From Armatimonadota bacterium (GTDB lineage Bacteria > Armatimonadota > Fimbriimonadia > Fimbriimonadales > GBS-DC), in the NCBI GenBank assembly GCA_037444405.1, contig JBBIML010000007.1:96001-160000 (forward strand): a stretch of 64,000 bases of DNA. Reading direction: 5' to 3'. This document shows positions 37,284-48,839 of the stretch, in pieces. Under the pieces are notes generated by a model, which saw only the letters and a program-made list of their open reading frames with translations, was not told where the DNA came from and made no database searches. The position numbers and the translations under genes were made by a program. How positions within the stretch are numbered: the stretch's first letter is position 1; each line of letters opens with the position of its first letter.

Positions 37284-38651
37284 ATGGCAATCGCGCACAG
37301 GAATCAGCTGCGGAGGCGGCACTGGCTCTGGAGTGGACTGCTTTCGGCAACGGCGATACTGATTCTGATGGCGGCGGGCAGCCCCATCCAGCAAGCAGGG
37401 CAACTGCCCCTGCTACTGGGGCTGGCAGCTGTCGCGCTGCTGGGTGAGCTGCTGCTGATCCGCTATCCGCTCCGCCACGGCTACACCGATCGCGGCATCT
37501 GGGTGAGCGTCAGCACGCCCATCGTGGCGGCGGTGATTTTGCTCTACGGTTGGGCGATGGGCGTGTGGCTCGATGCGGGCGTCACCTTCGGCGCAGGACT
37601 GCTCACCGCTCGGCTCAAACAGTCGCGCCTGCGCTGGGTGTGGCTCAACACGGCGCAGAGCGTGCTGTGCGCCGCTGCAGCCGGCATCTGTCCCATCGCT
37701 TTCCAGTACCTGTTAGATGGGTTCAGCGAGGCGCCTGCCGGCGTTTTTGCGAACACCCTCTTTGCTTCACCTGCCGTCGCTGTGCTGGCTCTGTTCACCA
37801 TCCTGGTTGTTTATAGCATGATCAATAACCTGCTGGTGTCGGTCACGGTGGCTCTGGCGGAGGGCGTGCGGTTTGGGTGGGTGTTGCGCGAGTCGCTGCT
37901 CGATTTGCCGCGCGAGACACTGCCGATGTTCCCGCTGAGCCTGCTGCTAATGGCGATGCTCCATCTATATGGGCTTACAGGTTCGCTGACCGTGCTGGCG
38001 CCCTATCTGGCGCTGCGCCAGGCGTTCATTCTCTCCACACGCCAGCATGAGCTGTATCATCAGACGATTCGCAGTCTGGGCTTTTTGATTCAGCGGGCGC
38101 ATCCGTACACTGGGGGGCATCTGCAGCGGGTGGCGCAGTGGGGTCGGCGTGTCGCCGAGCGGCTGGGGCTACCCCCCGAACGCTGTGAACTCATCTACGA
38201 AGCCGCGCTCCTGCACGACCTCGGCAAAACGGTGCTGGATGAACGAATCCTCAACAAACCGGGGCGACTGACCCCGCGCGAATGGGAGCAGGTGCAACGC
38301 CATCCGCAGCTGGGCGCGGAAATCCTCACCGATGTGCCGTTCCTGAACGCGATTGTGCCCTGGATTACCTATCACCATGAGCGCCCCGATGGCAAAGGCT
38401 ACCCGCACGGACTGAGAGGCGACCAGATTCCGCTGGAGGCACGGATTATCGCCGTCGTGGACGCCTTCGACGCGATGATTGGCGGCGAAGCGCCCAGTCA
38501 GCAGCGCCAGTATCGGCGCTCACTCACCATCCCCGAAGCGCTGAACGAGCTGCGGCGCGGCGCGGGCACGCAGTTCGACCCGCAGGTGGTGCAGGTGTTC
38601 GAGCAGGTGGTGCAGGAATGGTTGCCGTATCAGGAGGGGACGCGGAGGTAA
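37284..38651 (+). CDS. Multi-TM HD-GYP cyclic-dinucleotide phosphodiesterase
   Basis: Multi-TM N-terminus; 'HPYTGGHLQRV', 'LLHDLGK', 'HHERPDGKGYPHGL', 'VDAFDAM', 'RQYR', 'GTQFDP'. Confidence 0.92.
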   Translation: MAIAHRNQLRRRHWLWSGLLSATAILILMAAGSPIQQAGQLPLLLGLAAVALLGELLLIRYPLRHGYTDRGIWVSVSTPIVAAVILLYGWAMGVWLDAGVTFGAGLLTARLKQSRLRWVWLNTAQSVLCAAAAGICPIAFQYLLDGFSEAPAGVFANTLFASPAVAVLALFTILVVYSMINNLLVSVTVALAEGVRFGWVLRESLLDLPRETLPMFPLSLLLMAMLHLYGLTGSLTVLAPYLALRQAFILSTRQHELYHQTIRSLGFLIQRAHPYTGGHLQRVAQWGRRVAERLGLPPERCELIYEAALLHDLGKTVLDERILNKPGRLTPREWEQVQRHPQLGAEILTDVPFLNAIVPWITYHHERPDGKGYPHGLRGDQIPLEARIIAVVDAFDAMIGGEAPSQQRQYRRSLTIPEALNELRRGAGTQFDPQVVQVFEQVVQEWLPYQEGTRR

Positions 38652-38654
38652 GCG

Positions 38655-39371
38655 ATGGAGAACCTGTGGCTGGGTCTGGCAGTGGTGCTGGCTTCGATCG
38701 GTGCGCTGGGCTATTATGCTTTTATTTTTCTACCCGCCCAGCTCCATCGCTGGCACTGTCAGACCCTGCGGGCGTTCGCGAAGGTGATCGAGCTACGCAC
38801 CCAGGGTCGCTACGGGGACACCGAAACCATGGCGCAGTTAGCGCGGGCGGTCAGCGCGCGATTGGGGCTCGACGCGCAGGAACGCAAACGGCTGGAGCTA
38901 TCGGTCTACCTGCGCGACATCAGCATGGTGAGCCTGCCCTACGCGCTGCTGAATAAGACGACGCCCCTCTCACCGATGGAGCAGCTGACACTGATGCGGC
39001 ATGCGGAGATCAGCGCGGCGATGGTGGAGCAGATTCCGGGACTGAGTGCGGTGGCGCCGCTGGTGCGCCTGCATCATGTGAGTTATGCGCAGCAGCCCGA
39101 TGCCCCGCTGAGCGCGCACCTGCTGTCGGCGCTGTCAGACCTGATGGAGCAGGCTCAGCGGGAGGGCTATGAGGCGGCGTTGCGCGTGTTGCAGGCAGGT
39201 GCGGGCACGCGCTATCACCCCGCGGTTGTGCCGGCAATTGAGGCGGAGCTGCAGGCGCGCCCGCTGGAGAGCTGGGTGCCCCTACGGCGTTCCGCTGCCC
39301 TGTGGTTCGGGCTGATACTGTATCCGCTGAAAGATCTGTCGCGCCTGCTCATAGAATTCGCGCGGCACTAA
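38655..39371 (+). CDS. Single-TM degenerate HD-GYP-like protein
   Basis: N-terminal TM; HD replaced by 'LRDIS'; 'HHVSY' lacks the DGxGYP loop; 'AGTRYHP' remains. Confidence 0.8.
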   Translation: MENLWLGLAVVLASIGALGYYAFIFLPAQLHRWHCQTLRAFAKVIELRTQGRYGDTETMAQLARAVSARLGLDAQERKRLELSVYLRDISMVSLPYALLNKTTPLSPMEQLTLMRHAEISAAMVEQIPGLSAVAPLVRLHHVSYAQQPDAPLSAHLLSALSDLMEQAQREGYEAALRVLQAGAGTRYHPAVVPAIEAELQARPLESWVPLRRSAALWFGLILYPLKDLSRLLIEFARH

Positions 39372-40361
39372 CTTCGGCGCGCGCACCCCCTCCGCCAGCG
39401 GGATCGCCACAATCTCGGTGCCACGCAATGCCGACATCAGCCCGAACTGGCGTTCATGCACCAGCTCGGCAGCTTTGAGCGCGAGTCGCGTCGCCAGCAC
39501 GCGATCGAACACTGTCGGCGGTCCGCCCCGCTGAATGTGCCCGATGACCGCATAGCGCGTCTCGAAGCCTGTTATCTCTTCGATTTTCTGGGCGATTCGG
39601 GCGCCGACCGCGCGCTCGCGCAGCACGGGATGCCCGAAGTCGTCGGTGGCTATCGGCTGCCCGTCATGTTCAAACGGCAGCTCCACTCCTTCGGAGACGA
39701 CCACCAGTGCGTAGCGCTTGCCACTGGCATAGAGCTGGCGCAGGTAGTCGCACATCTCCTGGAGGTCGATGGGCACTTCGGGGATCAGAATCCAGTCGGC
39801 GCCGCCACCGATGCCCGCGTAGAGCGCGACCCAGCCCGCATGGCGCCCCATCACCTCCAGCACGATGACCCGCGTGTGCGATTTGGCGGTGTCGCGCAGG
39901 CGGTCCATCGCCTCCACCGCGACCGAGACCGCGCTATCAAACCCGAAGGTGAAGTCGGTGCCGCTTAAATCGTTGTCCATCGTTTTGGGCACGCCGACGA
40001 CAGGGAGCTGATGCTCCTGATAGAGGCGGTTGGCGACGCCCAGCGTGTCCTCCCCGCCGATGGCGATCAGGGCATCCAGTTGAAGGGCGCGATAGTTCTC
40101 CAGCAGGCGCTGGAGGTCGCCCTCCTGCTTGAACGGGTTCGTGCGGGAGGTGCCCAGAATGGTGCCGCCCTCCCGAATAATCTCGTCCACGCGCTCGACG
40201 CTGAGTGGGACGGTCCAGCCTTCCACCAGTCCGCGCCAGCCGTGCTGGATGCCGACAGGTGTATGACCGTCGCGTATCAGGCGCAGCGTTGCGCCCCGTA
40301 TCGCGGGATTCAGACCGGGGCAGTCGCCCCCACCTGTCAAAATGCCAACGCGCATAACCAT
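39282..40361 (-). CDS. pfkA: 6-phosphofructokinase (group III, GGED/PKT signature)
   Basis: 'TGGGDCPGLN', 'GGTILGTSR', 'GGEDT', 'PKTMDND', 'EVMGRHAGW', 'GHIQRGG'. Confidence 0.92.
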   Translation of the reverse strand: MVMRVGILTGGGDCPGLNPAIRGATLRLIRDGHTPVGIQHGWRGLVEGWTVPLSVERVDEIIREGGTILGTSRTNPFKQEGDLQRLLENYRALQLDALIAIGGEDTLGVANRLYQEHQLPVVGVPKTMDNDLSGTDFTFGFDSAVSVAVEAMDRLRDTAKSHTRVIVLEVMGRHAGWVALYAGIGGGADWILIPEVPIDLQEMCDYLRQLYASGKRYALVVVSEGVELPFEHDGQPIATDDFGHPVLRERAVGARIAQKIEEITGFETRYAVIGHIQRGGPPTVFDRVLATRLALKAAELVHERQFGLMSALRGTEIVAIPLAEGVRAPKLVPREFYEQARQIFQRIQYQPEPQGSGTP

Positions 40362-40591
40362 CGCCTCCTTACACTCCCGTGCGATCGGGGCTATCATACT
40401 ATTTTACCGCATACCGCGTGTGTTAGTGCCCTTCGACTCAGCGGTAGTCGGCAGGCGAAAAGTCCTCCGGCGGGGTTTCAGCGCGGATTTTGCCTCCCGT
40501 CTTTTTACGGGGTTCTGCAGCCGCTGTCCGCTTTTGGCGTTTCAACGAGTCTATATCGGATGGAGAGTAACCTTCCTTCCAGAATGCAGTC

Positions 40592-40627
40592 AATCCCCCC
40601 ATCGGGGTGCCAGTGGGGGGATTTTTT
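40592..40627 (+). terminator. Hairpin with U-tract on the + strand
   Basis: AATCCCCCCA-N12-TGGGGGGATT followed by further T's. Confidence 0.65.
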
Positions 40628-40648
40628 GGCGGATTGGGCTACAGGGGT

Positions 40649-41170
40649 TCAGAAGCGGAACTGGAGCGCGACGGTGAAGCCCTGAAGGTCGTCGCCGCCG
40701 TCCACGAAACCGCCATAGCCCACGAACAGGGCGACCGGTGTGGTGCCCGCGCTGAAGTTGTAGCCGAAGCCGAGCGACCAGTCGAAGCCAGTCTTGTCAT
40801 CGCCATTGCTGGCGAAGCCGATCCCGGCAGTCGCGCGGTAGAAGAACTGCTCGTTGAGGTAGCCCGTGAAGCTCAGTCCGACGGGGATGACGCGGGCATC
40901 ACTGGTGCCGTAGAAACCTACGAACGCCCCCAGATCGTAGTAGTAGCCCGACTCAGTCGGCTTGCTGGTCTGGAAGTTGTAGGTGAGGTTGACGCTGAAC
41001 CACACATCCTCGGTCGCCTTGCGCACCGACTCCTTGGATGGGAGGAAGATACCAGCGTACACCGCATAGCCCTGCTGGTTCGTCTCTTGCGCACGGGCTG
41101 GTGCTGCCAGCATCAGCGTTCCCACCAGCGCTACTGTTATAAGCCACAGCATTCCCTTGTGCATCATCAT
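40649..41170 (-). CDS. Small outer-membrane beta-barrel protein
   Basis: Signal peptide (ARA), amphipathic strands, terminal 'ALQFRF'. Confidence 0.75.
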   Translation of the reverse strand: MMMHKGMLWLITVALVGTLMLAAPARAQETNQQGYAVYAGIFLPSKESVRKATEDVWFSVNLTYNFQTSKPTESGYYYDLGAFVGFYGTSDARVIPVGLSFTGYLNEQFFYRATAGIGFASNGDDKTGFDWSLGFGYNFSAGTTPVALFVGYGGFVDGGDDLQGFTVALQFRF

Positions 41171-41199
41171 AGACCCTCCGTGTGTAGAGTGTGTCTCTG

Positions 41200-41227
41200 A
41201 TTATACCCGCATTTTCACTCTTGTCAA
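41200..41227 (-). promoter_or_regulatory. Consensus sigma70 promoter for the beta-barrel gene
   Basis: TTGACA-N16-TATAAT on the minus strand. Confidence 0.85.
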
Positions 41228-41239
41228 GGGGTAGAGCGG

Positions 41240-42226
41240 CTAACATGCCATCAAGCCGGGCGCCTGCGGGGCGACGGGGATAATCTGTTCGGCGACCTTC
41301 TGCAGGGCGGCGAGCGTGCGCTGGGGCTGAAGGGTCAGCACTATCACGGTGCCGCTGGCGCCGCCTGCGCCCGCCAGCTTTGCTCCCAGTGCGCCATTCT
41401 CCAGCGCGACCTGCACCAGCCGATGGAGCGATTCGCTGCTGCCGCCCAGCGCGTGAATGACGGCGTAGTTCTCGTTCATCAGCGCGCCCAGCGTCTGCCA
41501 CTCCTGCTCCAGCAGGGCGCGTTTGGCTTCGCGTGCCAGTCGCCCGATGTGCGCCATGCCGTCTATCACGGCGCGTTCGCCCGATTCCCAGCGTTCGCGC
41601 AAGGAGCGATGCACGGCTCCCGAAAAGCGCTGCCCGCCCGTGGTCGCCAGCCAGAGCGGGAGCGTGACCCCACGCAAATAGCCACCGAGCGATTCCACCG
41701 TTGCCAGCGGCTCGTTCGCATCGCGCCCCAGCCCCTCCTTATCGCGAAACTCCATCAGATTGACACCGCCGAACACCGCCATATAGAAGTCCTGATAGCC
41801 GCAGGTGACCCGCAGGTGCTGGGCTTCGATCTGGCGCACGCACTCCGCCAGCCGATGGGGGATGGGCATCTCGCGCCGATAATGGAGCAGGCATGCCACT
41901 ATCGCGGTCAACAGCGCGGAGGAGCCTGCCAGACCCGACTGCATCGGGATGTCGCTTTCGATGCGCAGGCTGAACCGCGCTGTATCGATGCTGTAGCCCA
42001 GCGCCCGCAGCGCGGCGCGACACAGGTCGAACTCGTCTCCCTGATGCTCCAGCGTGTCGGGTGTCAGCGTGCGGGCAGGCGACTGGAAGCTGAGATGGTC
42101 CGCAGGCTGAAGCGTGCAACGGGCACGCAACGGAATGGCGCAGGAAATCACAGTGCCACCATATAAATCGCTGGGATTGCCAATAATGCCTGCCCGACCC
42201 GGCGCCGAATAGCGAATCGCCTCCAT
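41240..42226 (-). CDS. GHMP-family sugar kinase (glucuronokinase/HddA-like)
   Basis: '[13 protein letters not shown]', '[12 protein letters not shown]', 'CGYQD', 'GAKLAGAGG'. Confidence 0.85.
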   Translation of the reverse strand: MEAIRYSAPGRAGIIGNPSDLYGGTVISCAIPLRARCTLQPADHLSFQSPARTLTPDTLEHQGDEFDLCRAALRALGYSIDTARFSLRIESDIPMQSGLAGSSALLTAIVACLLHYRREMPIPHRLAECVRQIEAQHLRVTCGYQDFYMAVFGGVNLMEFRDKEGLGRDANEPLATVESLGGYLRGVTLPLWLATTGGQRFSGAVHRSLRERWESGERAVIDGMAHIGRLAREAKRALLEQEWQTLGALMNENYAVIHALGGSSESLHRLVQVALENGALGAKLAGAGGASGTVIVLTLQPQRTLAALQKVAEQIIPVAPQAPGLMAC

Positions 42227-42304
42227 ACCCCGTTGCGATTCGCGCTCCCTGCGCTATCTCCTGCAGCAGCCGCGCAGATTCGTGCCCCGGCGGGTATACT
42301 TCTG

Positions 42305-44464
<2,160 letters not shown>

Positions 44465-44465
44465 A

Positions 44466-45599
44466 ATGCAAACTTATCGCTATCTGATTATTGGCGGTGG
44501 GCTGGCAGCTGATGCGGCGGTGATGGGCATTCGCGCCGTCGATGAATCGGGTCGTATCGCGATTTTGAGCGAGGAGCCGCATCCGCCCTATCGTCGCCCC
44601 ATGTTGAGCAAGGCGCTCTGGTTCGGCACGCCGCTCGATGAGGTATGGCTGCCGACCGCCGATGCGGGCGCGGAGGTACACACAGGGGTGCGGGTCGTCC
44701 AGCTCGATCTGGGCGCAAAGCGCGTGCTGGATCAGCGCGGCAACGAGTGGGGCTTCGAGAAGCTTCTGCTGGCGACGGGTTGCACGCCGCGCACCCTGCC
44801 GAACGCGCCCGACGGTGTTCTCTACTTCCGCACCCTGAACGATTACCTTGCCCTGCGCAAGCAGGTTCAGAGCGCGGAGCATGTCGGCATCATCGGCGGG
44901 GGCTACATCGGCTCGGAGCTGGGCGCCGCGCTCGTTGCCAGCGGCAGGCGCGTCACGATGCTCTTTCCCGAATCGGGCATCTGCGCTCGCCTGCTGCCCC
45001 CGATTCTCAGCGACTGGCTGAACGCCTTCTATCGCGAGCGGGGCGTCGAGGTGCTGACTGGCGTGCTGGTTGAGGCGGTGGAGCGGGGCGAGCGGTGGCA
45101 GGTGCGGCTGTCCAGCGGGCAGACGCTCGCGTTCGACGCGCTGGTGGCGGGGCTGGGCGTGCGACCTCGCGATGAGCTGGCACGCTCCGCTGGACTGCCC
45201 ACGCCCGACGGCATCCGTGTCAATCCCTTCTTCCAGACGGAACACCCCGATGTGTACGCGGCGGGCGATGTCGCCTGCTTCCCCTACGCCGCGCTGGGCA
45301 TCGAAACGCGCGTCGAGCATGAAGACCATGCGATTGCCAGCGGCTTCTATGCGGGTCAGGCGATGGCGGGCGCGGCGCAACCCTACGAACACCTGCCGAT
45401 GTTCTACAGCGAGCTGTTCGGCATTCGATATGAGGCGGTCGGGCTGATCGATAGCCAGCTGGAGATGCGCATCGAGGGCGACCTGCCCGACGGCGCGGGT
45501 GTGGTCACCTATTATCAGAATGGGCGGCGAGTGGGCGCGCTCAGCTGGCGCCACGCCCGCCCCATCGACGAGCTGCGCGAGTGGCTCGCCGGCGCGTAG
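44466..45599 (+). CDS. NAD(P)/FAD-dependent oxidoreductase (ferredoxin-reductase/AIF-like)
   Basis: 'IIGGGLA', 'PYRRPMLSK', 'LLATG', 'GGGYIGSE', 'YAAGD', 'RVEHEDHA', 'PMFYS'. Confidence 0.88.
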   Translation: MQTYRYLIIGGGLAADAAVMGIRAVDESGRIAILSEEPHPPYRRPMLSKALWFGTPLDEVWLPTADAGAEVHTGVRVVQLDLGAKRVLDQRGNEWGFEKLLLATGCTPRTLPNAPDGVLYFRTLNDYLALRKQVQSAEHVGIIGGGYIGSELGAALVASGRRVTMLFPESGICARLLPPILSDWLNAFYRERGVEVLTGVLVEAVERGERWQVRLSSGQTLAFDALVAGLGVRPRDELARSAGLPTPDGIRVNPFFQTEHPDVYAAGDVACFPYAALGIETRVEHEDHAIASGFYAGQAMAGAAQPYEHLPMFYSELFGIRYEAVGLIDSQLEMRIEGDLPDGAGVVTYYQNGRRVGALSWRHARPIDELREWLAGA

Positions 45600-45627
45600 G
45601 TAGGGGCGCACGGCCGTGCGCCCCTAC
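45600..45627. repeat. Perfect 28-bp GTAG-type REP palindrome
   Basis: GTAGGGGCGCACGG/CCGTGCGCCCCTAC. Confidence 0.85.
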
Positions 45628-45698
45628 CTGCTCCTCCTCCGCTGAACGCCCTTACCTGTTCCTCCTCCGCTGAACGCCCCTACCTACTCCTCCGCCGA
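45621..45698. repeat. 28-bp tandem repeat (two copies plus a partial third)
   Basis: CCCCTACCTGCTCCTCCTCCGCTGAACG, CCCTTACCTGTTCCTCCTCCGCTGAACG, then CCCCTACCTACTCCTCCGCC. Confidence 0.8.
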
Positions 45699-48600
45699 GT
45701 CGAGCGCGCTCAGGTTCACCATTAGCTCGGGTAGCCGGTTCGCCCGCAGCTGCTCGTTGAGCTTCGGCACCTCCACGCGCAGATAATCCCGCATCGCGCT
45801 GATGACCGACTCCCACTCGGTTTTGACCTCGTTGAAGAACTCCACCTGCGCGGCGGTGGGTCCCGTGTTGCTGCTCATCATGCCGTAGACCGAGCCGAGT
45901 CGCGCGCGCAGGCGCGGACCGCGCGAGTAGGCGGGTCCCGTCTGCGGGTTCTCCACTTTCGCCTGAAGCTCGTCGATCTTTTTGACCTGCTCGGTCAGCA
46001 GCTCGTTCAGCTCGCGCGGGAGCCGAATGTCCTGCTGGCGAGCGGTCTGGCGCAGGTTGTTGATTTGCTCCTCGACGCTATTGAGCAGGCGCATCGCCCG
46101 ATCCAGCTGGCGAATCATATCGAGCGTCTCCAGCGCGAACTGGAAGCCTGCCTTCATACTGGCGAGGTAGGGCTCCAGCGCGGGTTCCACCTTCACGGTG
46201 AGCGTTTGCTCCTGCTGATAGTCGCCGAGCATCAGACGCACGCGATAGGTGCCTGGCAGCACCTGGGGTCCCATTATTGGAGCGCCGCCACGCCGTCCTG
46301 CTGGGGGCGGTTGGGGGGTCTCTTCCTCGTCGCGCGGGCTGACCCGCATGCGCAGGTTCCACTCCACGCGATGGATGCCTGGCTCCTGCGGCAGGCGACG
46401 CAGCTCCTGAAGCACCTTGCCCTGCGAGTCGAGAATCTGGATGCGCAGGCTACCCTGCTGGGGCTTCTCCTTCAGGTAGAAGGTGAGCATTGCGCCTGCG
46501 GGCGGGTTCGGTGCGACGAGGGGGCGGTCGCCACGACCATAGCGGGCGAAGCGCGTCGAGTAGCGCCACGCCACGCGCGGCGTGAACAGATAGGCAGGTT
46601 TCTGCAACACCTCCGCGCTGATCTCGCGCAGCGGCGTGATGTCGTCCAGCACCCAGATACTGCGCCCATGCGTGCCCACCACCAGATCATGCTCCGTCGG
46701 ATGAATCTGGATGTCGTCCACGCGCACGGGCGGCAGCCCCGGCAGCCGCTGCCACTGTTCACCCGCATCGAACGAGACGAACAGCCCGCGCTCCGTGCCA
46801 CAAAAGAGCAGGTTCGGGTTTTTTGGATCTTCGCGCACCACGAAGATGTACGCCTCGTCAGGCAAGCCGCTGGTGATCTTGCGCCAGGTTTTGCCGCCAT
46901 CGGTCGTCTTGTAGAGGTAGGGCTTGTAGTCGTCCAGCATGTGGCGGTCGAACGCGACATAGGCGACCTGAACCCCCGTGCGCGACGGCTCGATATGGGA
47001 GACAGGCGAGCTGGGCGGCAGGTCGGGCACATTCGGTGTGAGATTGCGCCATGTGCGCCCGCCATCGAAGGTCACCTGCAGGTTGCCATCGTCCGTGCCT
47101 GCCCAGATGACCCCCGCCTGCACGGGCGACTCGGCAATGCTGATAATCGTGCAGTGATATTCGGCGGTCGTGTTCTCCACCCACACGGGACCGCCCGCAT
47201 CTTTCTGCTTGTTCTTGTCGTTGGTGGTCAGATCAGGGCTGATGGGCGTCCAGGTCAGCCCGAAGTCGGTCGACTTGAAGACCACATTGGCGCCCACATA
47301 GACGGTGTTCGGGTCGTGTGGGCTGGGCACAATCGGCGTGTTCCAGTTGAAGCGGTACTTCAGCTCCCCGACGGGACCGCCGTCGTTGCGACGCGGCTGG
47401 GGGCTGATATCCAGCTGGATGCCCGTCGCCAGATCGGTGCGGTAGAGATTGCCGCCCTGCGACTCACTGAGGATCAGGTTCGGGTTTTCGGCGTGAATGA
47501 CGCAGTGGAATCCATCGCCGAAGCTGACCATCTGCCAGTGTTCGTTCACGATGCCGCCCTCTTTGGTGCGCACGAAGCCGACCCAGCTGCCGTTGTCCTG
47601 CAGTCCGCCCGCCACGCGATAGAAGGGCGACTCGTTGCTCAGGTGAATCTGGTAGAACTGTCCCAGCGGCAGGTTGCTGACCACATCCCATGTGCGCCCG
47701 CGATCCATCGAGAAGGCGATTCCGCCGTCGTTGCCCAGCCACAGAAAGTTGGGATTGGTGGGGTCGATCCAGAGCGCGTGATGGTCGCTATGCACACGGT
47801 TGGCAATCGGCGTGGAGGTGCGCCCACCATCGATGGAGACCCGAAAGCTGGCCGCCAGAAAGTAGAGGCGGTTCTCGTCTTTCGGGTCAACGCGCATGTC
47901 GGTGTAGTAGAAGCCGCGCGAGACGATGGCGGTCTCGGTGGAGACGCGCTCGAAGCTCTCGCCGCGATTATCGGAGCGGAACAGCACGCCATCGTTCGAC
48001 TCGGCAATCACATAGACCACATTCGGGTTGCTGGGCGCGACCTTGACCCCGATGCGCCCCATCAGTTTGGGCAGCCCGTTCTCCAGCTTCTTCCAGGTGC
48101 GCCCGCCATCGGTGGAGCGGAACACGCCGCCTTTTTCGCTGCCGCTGGTGAAGGTCCACGGCTTGCGTTCGAATCGCCACATGGCGGCATAGAGGATGTT
48201 CGGGTTCAGTGGGTCGATGTCCAGGTCGGCGGCGCCGTGATGCTCGTCGATATACAGCACCTTCTGCCAGGTTTTGCCGCCGTCGGTGGTCATGAAGACG
48301 CCGCGCTCCTCGTTGGGTCCGAAGGCGTGCCCCAGCGCGGCGACCCAGGCGGTGTTCGAATCGCGGGGATGCACAATAATGCGGGTGATGTGGCGCGTTT
48401 CGCGCAGACCCAGAAACTGCCAGGTTTTGCCGCCATCGGTCGATTTATAGACGCCCGCGCCGATGCAGACGCTGTTGCGCGGGTTGCCCTCGCCCGTGCC
48501 CACCCAGATAATGTCGGGGTTCTGCGGATCGAGGGCGATATCGCCGATGGAGAGCGTCTCCTGCTCGTCGAACAGTGGTGTCCAGGTGATGCCCATATCG

Positions 48601-48839
48601 GTGGTCTTGAACAGCCCACCGGACGCCGTTGCCACATAGACCACGCGGGGATTGCCGGGCACGCCCTCGATATCGGTGACACGCCCGCCCATGTTTGCTG
48701 GACCGATATTGCGCCAGCGCAGGTTTTTAAACAGCTCGGCGGAAGGGGGCACGGAAACTGTGCCCCTGCTCTCGATAGACGCCCATGCACAAACGCACGC
48801 GAGAAACGCGATTCCGAATAAAAAGGCTCGCTCTCTCAT
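45684..48839 (-). CDS. Exported BNR/Asp-box (VPS10/sortilin-like) beta-propeller protein, putative glycosyl hydrolase
   Basis: 'WRNIGPANMGGRV', many 'KSTDGGKTW' Asp-boxes, 'GGLQDNGSW', 'THGRSIWVLDD'. Confidence 0.88.
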   Translation of the reverse strand: MRERAFLFGIAFLACVCAWASIESRGTVSVPPSAELFKNLRWRNIGPANMGGRVTDIEGVPGNPRVVYVATASGGLFKTTDMGITWTPLFDEQETLSIGDIALDPQNPDIIWVGTGEGNPRNSVCIGAGVYKSTDGGKTWQFLGLRETRHITRIIVHPRDSNTAWVAALGHAFGPNEERGVFMTTDGGKTWQKVLYIDEHHGAADLDIDPLNPNILYAAMWRFERKPWTFTSGSEKGGVFRSTDGGRTWKKLENGLPKLMGRIGVKVAPSNPNVVYVIAESNDGVLFRSDNRGESFERVSTETAIVSRGFYYTDMRVDPKDENRLYFLAASFRVSIDGGRTSTPIANRVHSDHHALWIDPTNPNFLWLGNDGGIAFSMDRGRTWDVVSNLPLGQFYQIHLSNESPFYRVAGGLQDNGSWVGFVRTKEGGIVNEHWQMVSFGDGFHCVIHAENPNLILSESQGGNLYRTDLATGIQLDISPQPRRNDGGPVGELKYRFNWNTPIVPSPHDPNTVYVGANVVFKSTDFGLTWTPISPDLTTNDKNKQKDAGGPVWVENTTAEYHCTIISIAESPVQAGVIWAGTDDGNLQVTFDGGRTWRNLTPNVPDLPPSSPVSHIEPSRTGVQVAYVAFDRHMLDDYKPYLYKTTDGGKTWRKITSGLPDEAYIFVVREDPKNPNLLFCGTERGLFVSFDAGEQWQRLPGLPPVRVDDIQIHPTEHDLVVGTHGRSIWVLDDITPLREISAEVLQKPAYLFTPRVAWRYSTRFARYGRGDRPLVAPNPPAGAMLTFYLKEKPQQGSLRIQILDSQGKVLQELRRLPQEPGIHRVEWNLRMRVSPRDEEETPQPPPAGRRGGAPIMGPQVLPGTYRVRLMLGDYQQEQTLTVKVEPALEPYLASMKAGFQFALETLDMIRQLDRAMRLLNSVEEQINNLRQTARQQDIRLPRELNELLTEQVKKIDELQAKVENPQTGPAYSRGPRLRARLGSVYGMMSSNTGPTAAQVEFFNEVKTEWESVISAMRDYLRVEVPKLNEQLRANRLPELMVNLSALDSAEE

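Noticed and set aside
40455..40500. c-di-GMP-I, cobalamin riboswitch or RNase P resemblance
   Set aside because: Only short fragments match (GGCAAAA, AAAGTCC); the required downstream motifs are absent
45621..45698. Possible CRISPR array
   Set aside because: Repeats are head-to-tail with no spacers, and no cas genes are seen
46065..48821. 918-aa + strand ORF (likewise 42254-44302 -, 49412-51016 +, 26621-27973 -, 1145-2599 -)
   Set aside because: Antisense shadows of well-supported genes in GC-rich DNA; no motifs of their own
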